64,000 nucleotides of DNA from an uncultured virus (IMG/VR IMGVR_UViG_3300015371_000018) (IMGVR_UViG_3300015371_000018), one strand, 5' to 3'; shown: positions 9,088-19,197, counted from the first letter of the stretch. The notes: generated by a model from the letters alone, not told the origin. A program made the numbers and translations.

Positions 9088-9456
9088 TTATACACTCCAA
9101 TTGCCAGCTATGTCTTGGACGAATACTTTTATTCTATGCTGCCCTTCGCCCAGGCTAGCGGCTGCAAGCTCTGCGGCCGTAACGTTGAGAGGGATCGGGC
9201 TACTAGCGGTTCCACCGCCGCCTGATTCAATCAATGTTCCTTCTGTCACCGTGCTGTCATCAGCCGGGACTTTGCGTATTTGATACGCCTGGAAGTCTTC
9301 ATCTGAAGTTAAATAAAAGTCGGCTGAGTCTTTGCCGGTCTGCGCACTGATTTTACCTGGCGTTGAACTAACATCTACAGTAACCCCTGGTGGGGTTATA
9401 TCAAAGCTGATCTGTTGAGCTACAGCAGCTTGTCCTATGTAAACGCCAGAAACCAT
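9088..9456 (-). CDS. single Ig-like domain virion protein
   Basis: FDITPP...KISAQTGK...KVFVQDIAGNWS aligns by eye to the C-terminal domain of 8395-9087. Confidence 0.7.
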   Translation of the reverse strand: MVSGVYIGQAAVAQQISFDITPPGVTVDVSSTPGKISAQTGKDSADFYLTSDEDFQAYQIRKVPADDSTVTEGTLIESGGGGTASSPIPLNVTAAELAAASLGEGQHRIKVFVQDIAGNWSV

Positions 9457-10631
9457 CAGGTGTAAACCGCATAGACATAGGCATGAACAACAGCTTTAGG
9501 GTTGGTCGCTGCCATTGCTCCTGAAGTAAGAACAGTTAAAATATATGGACCGTCAGAAGGAAGAGAGAAAGGCGAAGAAGTATTTTGAGTCCAACTATTA
9601 GCCGATGGAGATGCAACGGCGGCTGTAGTTCCTGCTGTTTGTGACGCCCATCCATAAGTGAATGCGTTAGCGCCACCAGAAGCCGAGTTCAAAGAAGATA
9701 ATCCAGCAGTAAATGTAATAGCTGGCGCTGTGCCGTTTGTTCCTACCAGCAATCTAGTTACAAATTTGGGCGTTCTACCAGAAAGAGTCCAGTCATTTGC
9801 TGCATCTACGATAAAAACTCCGTTGGCGTTTGAACCAACAGTGGTACCAGCGGCACCGCTCATATTGAATCCGTAGTTACCTGCTGCCGTGCTCGCTGGA
9901 ATCAGACCTACAGTGTTAGCGACAAGAGTTTTATGACGGACTGCTGCTAATGGTATTCCAGTTTTTAATCCAGGCGTCTGAGTGGAATCGTAAATAGGTA
10001 CTAATTCATTAGCACCTGCTGCCAAAATGGCGGGGCTATCATTCGCGCTAGCCGCAAAAATGTCACCCTTTCCAGTAGCAATTGTACGATCCACATAAGT
10101 CGAAGTAATAAAAGTAATCTGCGATGTCGAATATACGTCCAACGTCGCGCGTTGAGCCGTAGCATCAGCGTCATCTAAAATTGCTCTACCGGCTGCGGTT
10201 AGGTCGGATACCTGATAAATACCTGACCCATCGCGGTAGATCATTTTGTTATTGCCGCTCAAAGCAGCAAAGTCTGTTAGATCAGAATCAGCATCTTGCT
10301 TTGCTGCTATTGAAGTATTTATATCGTCATAATACTTTTTGCTGAATGGGATATAGATACGATCCCCTACAGCAATTGATCTAGCCGATGTTCCCTCTTG
10401 TGCTCTTACGATTGTGCTCAGCGTATCGCTGCTTTTCGCCGTACAGCGAATGATTTCTGAATTAGCTAAGCTGGGGCGAGCTACATTCGCTGGACATACA
10501 ACTGCATTAAATGGAGGCGTGGGGAAATTAGCCCCATCGCCCGTAGACATTACAAGCGAAGTTCCCGAACTAGCCGGGGACGGCGCAGTAGCTACTAATG
10601 AATCAGCGAAATTAGCAAGTGCGTCGGCCAT
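9456..10631 (-). CDS. fibre-like structural protein
   Basis: N-terminal FP..EIIRCTA...RAQEGT.A..GD phage structural motif; LTAAGRAILDDADATAQRATL fibre repeat. Confidence 0.7.
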   Translation of the reverse strand: MADALANFADSLVATAPSPASSGTSLVMSTGDGANFPTPPFNAVVCPANVARPSLANSEIIRCTAKSSDTLSTIVRAQEGTSARSIAVGDRIYIPFSKKYYDDINTSIAAKQDADSDLTDFAALSGNNKMIYRDGSGIYQVSDLTAAGRAILDDADATAQRATLDVYSTSQITFITSTYVDRTIATGKGDIFAASANDSPAILAAGANELVPIYDSTQTPGLKTGIPLAAVRHKTLVANTVGLIPASTAAGNYGFNMSGAAGTTVGSNANGVFIVDAANDWTLSGRTPKFVTRLLVGTNGTAPAITFTAGLSSLNSASGGANAFTYGWASQTAGTTAAVASPSANSWTQNTSSPFSLPSDGPYILTVLTSGAMAATNPKAVVHAYVYAVYT

Positions 10632-10993
10632 TAGGGAGTCTTCACCTCAAAGCCGTAATCAAATGGCAGATTCAAATGCGCGTCATCTTCAGAGAATGCC
10701 GCTCGACTCCAAAAACGGACCTTAGATCCTTTGCGGAGATTCAAGTTTTTCATTACTATCTCTTCGCCGCGTGCTGCAAATACACCTGGCTGATTCTTTT
10801 TATCAACTGCAAGCTGCACAAAGCCAGCACCAGGGCCACCAAGGCCCACGGTTATCTCAGCTATTTGTTCATCGCCAGTATTAGTTATCTCAAGCTGCTT
10901 GAGTTGACCTGTACCGGCTTCGCCTGTCTCTAGCTCTTCAGACAGATTGAGCGTATCGCTATCGACTGGCTCGAATTCAATCGCTACTGTCAT
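10631..10993 (-). CDS. hypothetical beta-rich protein, probably structural
   Basis: GGAG RBS, coupled to the downstream gene. Confidence 0.6.
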   Translation of the reverse strand: MTVAIEFEPVDSDTLNLSEELETGEAGTGQLKQLEITNTGDEQIAEITVGLGGPGAGFVQLAVDKKNQPGVFAARGEEIVMKNLNLRKGSKVRFWSRAAFSEDDAHLNLPFDYGFEVKTP

Positions 10994-12083
10994 TTGACTC
11001 CACTATTTCTGAAATATATCCGCGCTCATCACGGATGACTTTACGATTGGTCGTGCCACGCTCAACAGTCACGGGCACTTCTACATTCACCTGAGGCGGT
11101 GGCATACTCTTCATTGCATCCATAAAGAATTGTTGTACGTCTTTTTGCCATTGGCTTTCTTCAGTAGTCTCAGCTATCTGAAGATCCTCAAGCTGCACTG
11201 GCGCTGGCTCTGGTATCTGCGGCTCTTCGCCAAGCTTTTGTTCAAGATCAGTCCGCCGCGACTCATCCTTGATCTTCGCCAATACCTTTGATTTAAGATC
11301 CTCGTCAGACCATCCACGAGCCTGAAGACGATTGGCAAGCTTGAGGATTTCATGATCCTCTAGCCCCTGCATGTTGTCATTGATCCATTTCTGCGGAGCA
11401 GCTACACGGACTTGTCCACGCTTCTCTTGCGCAGTCATCTGGTTCGTGTTTATCGCATCAGCTAGATCGTCAAGCCGATGGGCTCTTACATCTCGAATAA
11501 ATTGATCAATATCGATACTACTGATTTCCTTGGCTCGATCTTCAAGCCATTGTTTAACATCTTCTGGTTCCAGGGTGTCGGAGGTTCGGGCCAAGTCTCT
11601 AACTGCGTCAAGGCGGCGTTCCCATTGGAGTTCATCAATTCCATCGGGTAAGTCAGATCTATTCTTAGGTCCAGTAGGATCACCGAGGCCAGCCTGCCCT
11701 TCTAGTTCCGCGACATTAAATTCATCTTCCGGCGTATCTTCTGACGGTACTTGGAAGGAAGCTCGTGGCGAGCCGTTCACAAGCAATACAACCTTGATGC
11801 TGTTGCCGACTTGATAGAGCGCGATCTGATCAGCCTTGGTCATCTCGATATTGCGCTGAATTAGTTGACGAGAAACATTGATCAGCTTCTCAAATAACTG
11901 ACCACCCGCAACTATTTTCATATTGGCAGGCCCGTTGCTGAAGCGCCCTGTCTTAGGATCGAACCAAGGGTTACCGTGCTGAGTGTCGCGCTGTACTGAT
12001 GCACCAGACGGCACACCTTGATCGGCTACCTGGCCCGGAGCTTGGGCCAGCAGAATCGGAAAGCCGTTTTTATCAACCGGCAT
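10977..12083 (-). CDS. hypothetical head-associated protein
   Basis: follows the portal; GNPWFDPKTGRF motif and C-terminal RKVIRDERGYI motif, both seen in phage head proteins; start uncertain (12083, 12089 or 12116). Confidence 0.6.
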   Translation of the reverse strand: MPVDKNGFPILLAQAPGQVADQGVPSGASVQRDTQHGNPWFDPKTGRFSNGPANMKIVAGGQLFEKLINVSRQLIQRNIEMTKADQIALYQVGNSIKVVLLVNGSPRASFQVPSEDTPEDEFNVAELEGQAGLGDPTGPKNRSDLPDGIDELQWERRLDAVRDLARTSDTLEPEDVKQWLEDRAKEISSIDIDQFIRDVRAHRLDDLADAINTNQMTAQEKRGQVRVAAPQKWINDNMQGLEDHEILKLANRLQARGWSDEDLKSKVLAKIKDESRRTDLEQKLGEEPQIPEPAPVQLEDLQIAETTEESQWQKDVQQFFMDAMKSMPPPQVNVEVPVTVERGTTNRKVIRDERGYISEIVESNDSSD

Positions 12084-14751
12084 GGCCATTGACGCGCTCC
12101 ATGGATTCCGTAGCAATTAATTGGCGGACCACTTCAATGGCGTACTGTGCTTGCTGATCATCGTCAACCCCATCGCTGAGGAATACGATCCGACTATTAT
12201 CTGAATCGAAGAAAGCCAGTGCTCCCTCGGGTGCATCCTCTGGCATTATCTCAACATCTTCGAAGACCAGATTGGCACGCGGCACAATTTCTAATTCGAG
12301 CGTGTCATTCGGATGCGTATGCTTCGGGCCGATCTGTGCCCATGCCTCGCGCACGGTGTAGAGCTTGCCGTCCCGATCCTCGCATTCCTTATCGGTCGGC
12401 CCAGGAAGCTGAGCATCACGCGCGGCTACATAACGAGCCCCAACAGCTTGCGCCGTCAGCAGCGTGGCAGCATTTACTGCATCCCGAGTTTCCGAACGAG
12501 CTATCTGCGTTGTCTTCCAGTCAGGAAATTCATCAAAATGCTCGCGTATCCCCTGGCTCATCTCGCCCATCGTTTTACCATCACGAATAGCACCAACGAG
12601 GTAATCGTGAAGCTGATCACGAACAGTGCCATGAACTGACTTAATGAGCCTTCCAGTCTGAGACTCAATCCAATTATTAAATGCATCCTCAGGAAGCTCG
12701 ACTTCGGTATTCAGTCTTAGCGCTTCCTGTCGTACCTGGCGTTTAACAATTCGATCCAGAGCGTTTCGACTGGCTGTGGTGATAGATTCAAGTTTACTTG
12801 TTGCGAATTCCCAATGCTTGAGAAGTTCTGTTGCGATATCTTTTGCGCGCGTAAGCGAGATACCGATCTTTGTTTTATCAGCAAACTCCAAATCTGGCTG
12901 AGTAGCCATATAAGTTGCGAACGATGTGTAAAGACTAGCCAGATGATTCTTCCAAGCAAGGCGCATTTGTATAGCCAGCGCCTTAATTGCTTCATCGGCG
13001 TAATGCTTGGTCGGCGGAAGACCTGAGATAAAGTCACTGTTGTCATCCAAGAATATTGGCGGCTCGTGCTGAATATATAAATTAGGCGGCTCACTGAAGC
13101 CAAGGTTGCCTGCGCCATTCGTAGCGTTAGGCACGCTGCCGCCATTTGATGCACCGGTAGAGGGAAGCGGCACGTTATTGGTTCCCGCTTGAGCAATCGA
13201 CAGACCAGGAACAGCGGTCGGGCCGGTCGGAGGTTGTGCTGCGGCAGCATCAGCAATTGCCCGTAAACGTTCCTGCTGTTGTGCGACAGGATCTAAGACC
13301 GGCGTGCGTAGTTCTTCCAGAATTGCCTTGATATCTACGCCAAGCTTCTCAGGATCATTCTGGCCTATTAATTGAATTAACTGCTTGACGAATTCCTGAT
13401 CGGCGGCAGACATACCATGAGACACCTTCCTAACGATGCCTCCATCAGCCATAAATTCAGGGAAGTTGACTGCGGCGATCTGTGGAAATACGTATTGATT
13501 CTGTTCTTGATCAACCTGTTGCTGAAGTGTTCCTTCAGATTGAATGAATATGTCGGCGAATTGCTCAGCGACATTTCTAGATGAAGTTCCACCTTCACCC
13601 TCCATCAGTGCTTGCTCAGGGATGAACATGCTGATCAACTTCATCTTGTCGAGATACCCGAACGATTTATCTAATAGTTCGAAGTTACGACCAGATGGCT
13701 CAATAAAAGAAAATTCCCACTCACGAAGCTGAGTACCACGCTCGTCTAAACCAGTGGAGGCCAGTGTGGATGGTACTGCGGCGATTGAATTAGAACGCAA
13801 GGCACGTGCAGCTTCCAGTGCGATGGTCCAGTTTGGAATTGATTCAGATCCAGGCTCTTCGGGATCGCTGTATGAGCCGACGGGATGATACGCAACCATG
13901 GGCGGGATGGCCATTCGCTCGAAGGCACGATCTGCCATCGCCCAACGGAACCAGTAGCTCCACCAGTAGGGATATGAGTAGGAAATTCGAGGAAACCCGT
14001 AGATGGAACCCCAGAATTTATGTTTCTCGTTGGTAATCCAGAGCGAGTGATAAACATCAATTTCAAGAGTCTGCTTAGTCTTGCCCCCGCCGCGAGAGCT
14101 AGCGCCCTGGAAACCCTGTCCAGCTTGAGCAGACCTTTGGGGTAATTCATAAAGCATCCCATCAAAGTTGCCGTCCTTATCCCATACCGGATCAACCTTC
14201 TCTGGAATTAATCCGATGAACGGCTTCCAGATAATCGGCTCAATCGTTCCTTCACTCCACGTGGGCTTGATTTTATTTTCATCATTTTCTTCAGCAGTAT
14301 CTACGAAAAGACCGCCAGGGTTTTTATGCTGGAAGCGCTTCGACATTGCCTGAAAGCCGAACTCAAGTGCGCCCTGACGCTGATCCATATAAGGCCCGTG
14401 AATCATTTTGTACGCCTCGTGCATGAACGCGGCGACCTGAGCATTAGGGCCTTGATTATTGAAAGCTTCGAAGTGATACGGCGCTCGAATGAGCGGGACC
14501 ATGATGTAGTGAAGCGCAAAGGCAATCATGGTATCGATCCGCATCTGCCTTAATTTAGTAAAAGGGATGCGTTCTCGGTTGAACGGGTCACCAAGTTGAT
14601 CCCTTACCCTGCGCCAATCGACAATGCTCTCGGACTGTTCCTCCATCCGAGGCGCTTGCTCTTTTTGCTTAATAGACTTCTCAATTGTGGCCTTCTCTTC
14701 AGGCCCAATTTCCCCGCTCTCTAGGGAAGACTTAATCTGTTCGTCAGGCAT
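12073..14751 (-). CDS. portal protein (Mu gp29/DUF935-like) fused to a MuF-like minor head domain
   Basis: directly after TerL; N-terminal portal-like region; C-terminal IARSETRDAVN...D..C..RDGK.Y...HPN MuF pattern. Confidence 0.8.
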   Translation of the reverse strand: MPDEQIKSSLESGEIGPEEKATIEKSIKQKEQAPRMEEQSESIVDWRRVRDQLGDPFNRERIPFTKLRQMRIDTMIAFALHYIMVPLIRAPYHFEAFNNQGPNAQVAAFMHEAYKMIHGPYMDQRQGALEFGFQAMSKRFQHKNPGGLFVDTAEENDENKIKPTWSEGTIEPIIWKPFIGLIPEKVDPVWDKDGNFDGMLYELPQRSAQAGQGFQGASSRGGGKTKQTLEIDVYHSLWITNEKHKFWGSIYGFPRISYSYPYWWSYWFRWAMADRAFERMAIPPMVAYHPVGSYSDPEEPGSESIPNWTIALEAARALRSNSIAAVPSTLASTGLDERGTQLREWEFSFIEPSGRNFELLDKSFGYLDKMKLISMFIPEQALMEGEGGTSSRNVAEQFADIFIQSEGTLQQQVDQEQNQYVFPQIAAVNFPEFMADGGIVRKVSHGMSAADQEFVKQLIQLIGQNDPEKLGVDIKAILEELRTPVLDPVAQQQERLRAIADAAAAQPPTGPTAVPGLSIAQAGTNNVPLPSTGASNGGSVPNATNGAGNLGFSEPPNLYIQHEPPIFLDDNSDFISGLPPTKHYADEAIKALAIQMRLAWKNHLASLYTSFATYMATQPDLEFADKTKIGISLTRAKDIATELLKHWEFATSKLESITTASRNALDRIVKRQVRQEALRLNTEVELPEDAFNNWIESQTGRLIKSVHGTVRDQLHDYLVGAIRDGKTMGEMSQGIREHFDEFPDWKTTQIARSETRDAVNAATLLTAQAVGARYVAARDAQLPGPTDKECEDRDGKLYTVREAWAQIGPKHTHPNDTLELEIVPRANLVFEDVEIMPEDAPEGALAFFDSDNSRIVFLSDGVDDDQQAQYAIEVVRQLIATESMERVNGHAG

Positions 14752-16838
14752 TACCTAAGGCTCCCATTTTGGCGCTCCCAATCAGTCATATGGCGGTCTA
14801 TTGTAACCGCTCCTACACGCTCTGTGACCGGCATGTTCTTCTCGTCCATCTCGGCCGGTGTGAGGCGCTTTACACCACTCACACGGCGCATCTCAGCCTC
14901 ACGAGCCTTGCGTTCCTTGACTTCCTTATCGCGCTCTGGATTTTCTAGTAATTCAGCATTGGCGATGGCATACCGCCAGGCTGACATGAGGTGGTTCATC
15001 TGATCGACTTCAAGTTTTGTGTTGGGGTTCTGCTGCCAAACTTCTATCTCTTCACAAAACATCTCGCAACTGGCATCGACAACCCATCGATCATCAATAA
15101 CAAGATTTTGTACTGCACTGATGAATCGATCCTTTTGGCGAGTCTTGATCGGCCAGGTTGTCTTGAGCCCCTTGCGCTGGAATAAAAGCCTGTCGCCTCG
15201 ACCCTGCATATCAGCGAAGCGGTTCTTTACATTAAAGCCAGGAAATTCTTCACGATAGGCGTTCTCGATACGGACTACCTGTGAAGCGAGTAAGCCTGTG
15301 TCCATTGTGGAGGCAGCATAAATTTCTCTAAATCCAACATAGGTATCTTTACTGATCCAAATGGGGTCATAATTAAAGTCCCACGCTGGCACATCAACTC
15401 TGAGATATTGAATCCACAAAACAGCATAAGGGTTGGTACCGCCCCAGTCGATCCCCATGTAGATCGGTCCGTACTCTGGACGAGGCTCGTAATTTCTGAT
15501 TCCATACGTACTTAGGTCCCACTCATCAATGTAAACATTTTCATCTCGGCCTTCTCTACATTCATGCTGTAGAACCCAGTTGCCAGGTGGGTTTTCCTTA
15601 AATGCTGTGACTAAATCCTGATAGGGCTTAACGCCGCGAGCCCTAAATGCTTTGCCTTCACAAACACCTTCAAGAGTGCGCGTTACAAAAGTCTCATCAC
15701 CATCTTCACCCTTAACCTTGATGCGCCCCTTATTAACTTTATTGCACATGCAAAGCTCTTTGGGGTCACGGCCAAGTTCTTTAAGGCGAGCTTCACGTTC
15801 CTTAGCTGGTGCCTGCCGACAATTAGGCACTTCAGCGATGGTTTCCCAAATGCACCAGATGTAGACGATGTATCGAGGGATATTGCCAGACGCAATATCT
15901 TCATCTATTTCATCTAATAGCTCCTGCATCAAGCCCTTGAGGCTGTTGCGCGTGGAGGTGGCGATGTTCTGCGGAGGAATGACGCCATGCATATGCTCCA
16001 TAAAGGCGGGTAGTGGACCTGTCGCTGCACGAGATACCGCCATGCCGCGCGACTGGTTCCACTGGCCATGAGTCATTTGATCAATTTCATCCGCGTGGGC
16101 TTTCTGCGGGTGAGGACCGGAGACTGATTCTTCAGTACCAGACACAACCTCAATTTCCGAACCAGTCTTCCATTCTGTATGTGACTTCTTCGGAGCGTCC
16201 CTAAGGAAATCCTGAACTTTATCGGTTCGCCGTCCGGTGTCCGGGTCATGCTCGTAGCCCCACTCTTCTACATTTGTGTAAGTACGCATACCCTGTGGTT
16301 GGGTAGCGCCGAAGCTCAGGCAGCCGCAACCTGGCTTGAAGGTACAATTAGTAAAATGGAGAGCCGCTACAGAAGTTGTCTTGAAACCGCCGCGATTCGC
16401 CAGCGCGAGCGCACCGTTAACAGGATAGGTTTCCCCATCAATTTCTACATGCAGACGCTCGAAATACAGGTCTGCAAAGAAATCAAAAGGCGACTGGTGA
16501 TCCTCACAGACAGAGTGCCGTGGGATATCCAGCCGCAGGTTTTTCTTTAACCAAGTATGTAGCTCTTCATCGTTTTGCGGGCCGTCGTCTTTTAACTTTT
16601 TTGAGAGACTTCGGGCGCGCTTTACTAACTCCCTCAGATCCTCCACCGGCATCTGCTGAAGCCGCTCCATTGTGTACCCCATTGCTGCCAGCATCGGAGG
16701 AATCTCCATTTGCTTCGGCTGAGGGGTTTCCGTTTCCGGTTGTGAGCGCTTCCGTTTTAATTTCTTGCGCGGTGCCGGGGATGAAGTCTTTAATTGTTTC
16801 TTGGGTGTCTTCTCGGTTGAGGACTTCAAGGAAGGCAA
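14751..16838 (-). CDS. terL: terminase large subunit
   Basis: Walker A ANRGGFKT, Walker B AHADEID, nuclease motif MGIDWGGTNP; upstream of the portal; start uncertain. Confidence 0.9.
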   Translation of the reverse strand: MPSLKSSTEKTPKKQLKTSSPAPRKKLKRKRSQPETETPQPKQMEIPPMLAAMGYTMERLQQMPVEDLRELVKRARSLSKKLKDDGPQNDEELHTWLKKNLRLDIPRHSVCEDHQSPFDFFADLYFERLHVEIDGETYPVNGALALANRGGFKTTSVAALHFTNCTFKPGCGCLSFGATQPQGMRTYTNVEEWGYEHDPDTGRRTDKVQDFLRDAPKKSHTEWKTGSEIEVVSGTEESVSGPHPQKAHADEIDQMTHGQWNQSRGMAVSRAATGPLPAFMEHMHGVIPPQNIATSTRNSLKGLMQELLDEIDEDIASGNIPRYIVYIWCIWETIAEVPNCRQAPAKEREARLKELGRDPKELCMCNKVNKGRIKVKGEDGDETFVTRTLEGVCEGKAFRARGVKPYQDLVTAFKENPPGNWVLQHECREGRDENVYIDEWDLSTYGIRNYEPRPEYGPIYMGIDWGGTNPYAVLWIQYLRVDVPAWDFNYDPIWISKDTYVGFREIYAASTMDTGLLASQVVRIENAYREEFPGFNVKNRFADMQGRGDRLLFQRKGLKTTWPIKTRQKDRFISAVQNLVIDDRWVVDASCEMFCEEIEVWQQNPNTKLEVDQMNHLMSAWRYAIANAELLENPERDKEVKERKAREAEMRRVSGVKRLTPAEMDEKNMPVTERVGAVTIDRHMTDWERQNGSLR

Positions 16839-17274
16839 CTATCAAATCCTCTCTATCCATCTGGTCGATATCAGACTGATGCTCCTTAAGTTCAATCTCG
16901 ACATTCTTTGTCTCTAGATCGAGCAGGCGATTAGCTGCATCCATGGCAGTGCGTTCATTGTCACTGTCAAGCGCTTGGTTATAAGCGGCCTTGATTTGCT
17001 CAATCTTCTTGTCTCTTGCCCAATCCGAGACAATTTGTGAAGCGCGCTTTTTCCTAACTCCCGTGCGACCGGCGCGTTGATTTCCTCCAAGCCGACCTTC
17101 AGCTACAAGCTGTAGCGCGCGTATCTTAGGGTCCGAGTGGTATGGGCCTTTGCCCCCATATGGTTCGGCTCCTAGCTCAGCCAATTTGTCGAGAGCCTGA
17201 ACCTGCTGGACAGTTATTCCAACGTCCAGATCATCCTCGCCCCCAATTGGCTCTAATGCCTGCTCTGTAGCCAT
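16567..17274 (-). CDS. putative terminase small subunit
   Basis: helical protein directly upstream of and overlapping terL; preceded by a promoter. Confidence 0.55.
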   Translation of the reverse strand: MATEQALEPIGGEDDLDVGITVQQVQALDKLAELGAEPYGGKGPYHSDPKIRALQLVAEGRLGGNQRAGRTGVRKKRASQIVSDWARDKKIEQIKAAYNQALDSDNERTAMDAANRLLDLETKNVEIELKEHQSDIDQMDREDLIVAFLEVLNREDTQETIKDFIPGTAQEIKTEALTTGNGNPSAEANGDSSDAGSNGVHNGAASADAGGGSEGVSKARPKSLKKVKRRRPAKR

Positions 17275-17283
17275 TTGCGCGGC

Positions 17284-17311
17284 AGTATAGCAGCTTAACC
17301 AAACTGGTCAA
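17284..17311 (-). promoter_or_regulatory. sigma70-like promoter for the packaging operon (TTGACC-16-TATACT, extended TG)
   Basis: TGCTATACT at 17292-17284, 9 nt before ATG 17274 (near-leaderless). Confidence 0.65.
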
Positions 17312-17510
17312 TAAAAGGCTGAATTGCGTTATTCATCTCAGAGAAGCCCCTATCTGATTCAACAAATATAGAGCCTTCCCTAAATATTACATCATACGGG
17401 CTTCCGTCGCCAGTATGAAGGGTAACTCTAGCCTCAGAAGCTTCACTTTCTCTACAAATTGCGCCTAAGTTTTTATGCAAATTGTATAAAGTGAAGCCAA
17501 AGGCATATTC
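17295..17510 (-). CDS. hypothetical protein (start uncertain)
   Basis: non-overlapping 3' part of the 17295-17663 ORF fills the gap. Confidence 0.35.
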   Translation of the reverse strand, partial: EYAFGFTLYNLHKNLGAICRESEASEARVTLHTGDGSPYDVIFREGSIFVESDRGFSEMNNAIQPFIDQFG

Positions 17511-17511
17511 A

Positions 17512-17991
17512 TTATTGCTCAGCGACAGAAGGCGCTGCGATTGCGAGGATCGCGGCATCTGATTCGTCCCCTCCCCCTTGGTCAAAGTGTCTAAATTTAT
17601 GCTTCGGAAATAGACGCTTGACCTGCTTGAACGAATCTTCCTTTGATAGATTGCCCTTGCCAAGCGTATGAGCGCGTGCAGTCGAAACCATGATTGACTT
17701 TACGATTGCTACTCGTTTTGCACAAACAAGGAGACTGACGCCCTCATAATACGAAATTACTCGTACTACATCTATCCTGCGTGTTGCATAATTTAATTGC
17801 TCTACTGCTGCAATATCTGGATTAGCTAACTTGACCTGAAATTTTAGCCAGCCCTCGTACTCTTTTAATTTGTTTGCGTGAGTATCCTTGGGCTTGCTTG
17901 GTTTCCAGATCCGTGTATAAGCCAATTCCCCATCTACGACTAGGGCTAAACCAACGCAAGAGCTAGATGGATCAATACCTAACACCCGCAT
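17512..17991 (-). CDS. ruvC: RuvC-like Holliday junction resolvase
   Basis: VLGIDP, AVEQ and DESDA acidic catalytic motifs. Confidence 0.85.
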   Translation of the reverse strand: MRVLGIDPSSSCVGLALVVDGELAYTRIWKPSKPKDTHANKLKEYEGWLKFQVKLANPDIAAVEQLNYATRRIDVVRVISYYEGVSLLVCAKRVAIVKSIMVSTARAHTLGKGNLSKEDSFKQVKRLFPKHKFRHFDQGGGDESDAAILAIAAPSVAEQ

Positions 17992-18014
17992 TGGTTTAGC
18001 CTCTAGCCTATTAA

Positions 18015-18695
18015 CTAACTAGGGCAATTGCCCATGACGATTTGCCGAGAGTGATAGGCACCCTTCGGCCCGCAAACATAAGCACAAATCCTTGTCGCCG
18101 CACACCTGCTAGTTGATTGAATCCATGCTTTTCCAGCACAACAACCAATTATCCCAAGTGCTCGATACACGCAGCTAGTCGGATAAGTGTCACTTGGATG
18201 AGCGTAGACACAATAATTGTGCCCCCACTGATCTACAGCGACGAACCGGAGCAGGAAATGGCCCCAGTCATTTACGCTCACTGATTTAGTTGAATTTCGC
18301 TTGACAATTCGGCCATTCTTAAAGCACCAATCATGAACACTCTGACCCACAGCCATCGTTTTAAAATAAGCAGTCAAACTCCACTTATTCTTAAGGCCGT
18401 ACTTACAGGCTGCACCTGCGTTCGGTCCCGAGGCAATCGCTCCGGCCGATGGTGTGTTTTCCTCAGGCCAAGTGACAATCCCTAAAGAAGGGCAGCCTCC
18501 GGGCACTGCCATACAATAATTTACCTGATCTATTTGTTGCTGCGTCGGCCCTGCTGCATTCGCGTTAGTTCCGATGAAAAAGGAACCGATCCAAAATAAC
18601 AGGAACGCGACGATTAAAACAATTACTACCTTCGCAAAAACAGGAATTCGCTGCCACCATTGACTAGCGGAAAACTGACTGCTCGAATCTTCCAT
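18015..18695 (-). CDS. membrane-anchored or secreted Cys-rich protein
   Basis: GGAGG RBS before ATG 18695; N-terminal TM/signal ending ANA-A; many Cys. Confidence 0.7.
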   Translation of the reverse strand: MEDSSSQFSASQWWQRIPVFAKVVIVLIVAFLLFWIGSFFIGTNANAAGPTQQQIDQVNYCMAVPGGCPSLGIVTWPEENTPSAGAIASGPNAGAACKYGLKNKWSLTAYFKTMAVGQSVHDWCFKNGRIVKRNSTKSVSVNDWGHFLLRFVAVDQWGHNYCVYAHPSDTYPTSCVYRALGIIGCCAGKAWIQSTSRCAATRICAYVCGPKGAYHSRQIVMGNCPS

Positions 18696-18847
18696 GACAC
18701 ATTCCTCCGCGCTTTTCTTGCACATCTAGTATTGGGGTGTAAACGTTGCAACGCATTAGGTGAAAGCGCCGCACACGCTTTTGGATGATGATTATTTATA
18801 TGGCCACCACTAGAAAAGACCATTAATGTTATTACTAAAAGCCTCAC
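18626..18847 (-). CDS. hypothetical protein
   Basis: GTGA overlap with the upstream stop. Confidence 0.35.
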   Translation of the reverse strand: MRLLVITLMVFSSGGHINNHHPKACAALSPNALQRLHPNTRCARKARRNVSWKIRAVSFPLVNGGSEFLFLRR

Positions 18848-19197
18848 TCTCCTTTTCTCTCTTCCCCCTCAGGGCCATACGGACCGTGCCGCGTTGGCTT
18901 GTCGCGTTCCAGGCAAGGGAACGGTGGCTTGTCCTCTGGCTTCACAGGCATAGGAGAAGAAGCCAAAGCCTCACGAAGCGCCTGCCATGCCGGTTCCTTA
19001 GCCGTCTGGTAAGCATCGTCGCGTGGCCCATCCTTAAGCCGTAAAAGTTCACTGGCGGCTTCTCTCAACCTCTTCGCAGGATCATCAGACATATAAAATT
19101 TAAATGTATGATCAATCGTGGGGTCTACTACAAAAGGCTTATCGTCTATCGATAAACTAAATTGGCCTGCGCGTATACGCAACTCATAGAGAGCCAT
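18844..19197 (-). CDS. hypothetical protein
   Basis: TAATG coupling. Confidence 0.6.
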   Translation of the reverse strand: MALYELRIRAGQFSLSIDDKPFVVDPTIDHTFKFYMSDDPAKRLREAASELLRLKDGPRDDAYQTAKEPAWQALREALASSPMPVKPEDKPPFPCLERDKPTRHGPYGPEGEERKGE

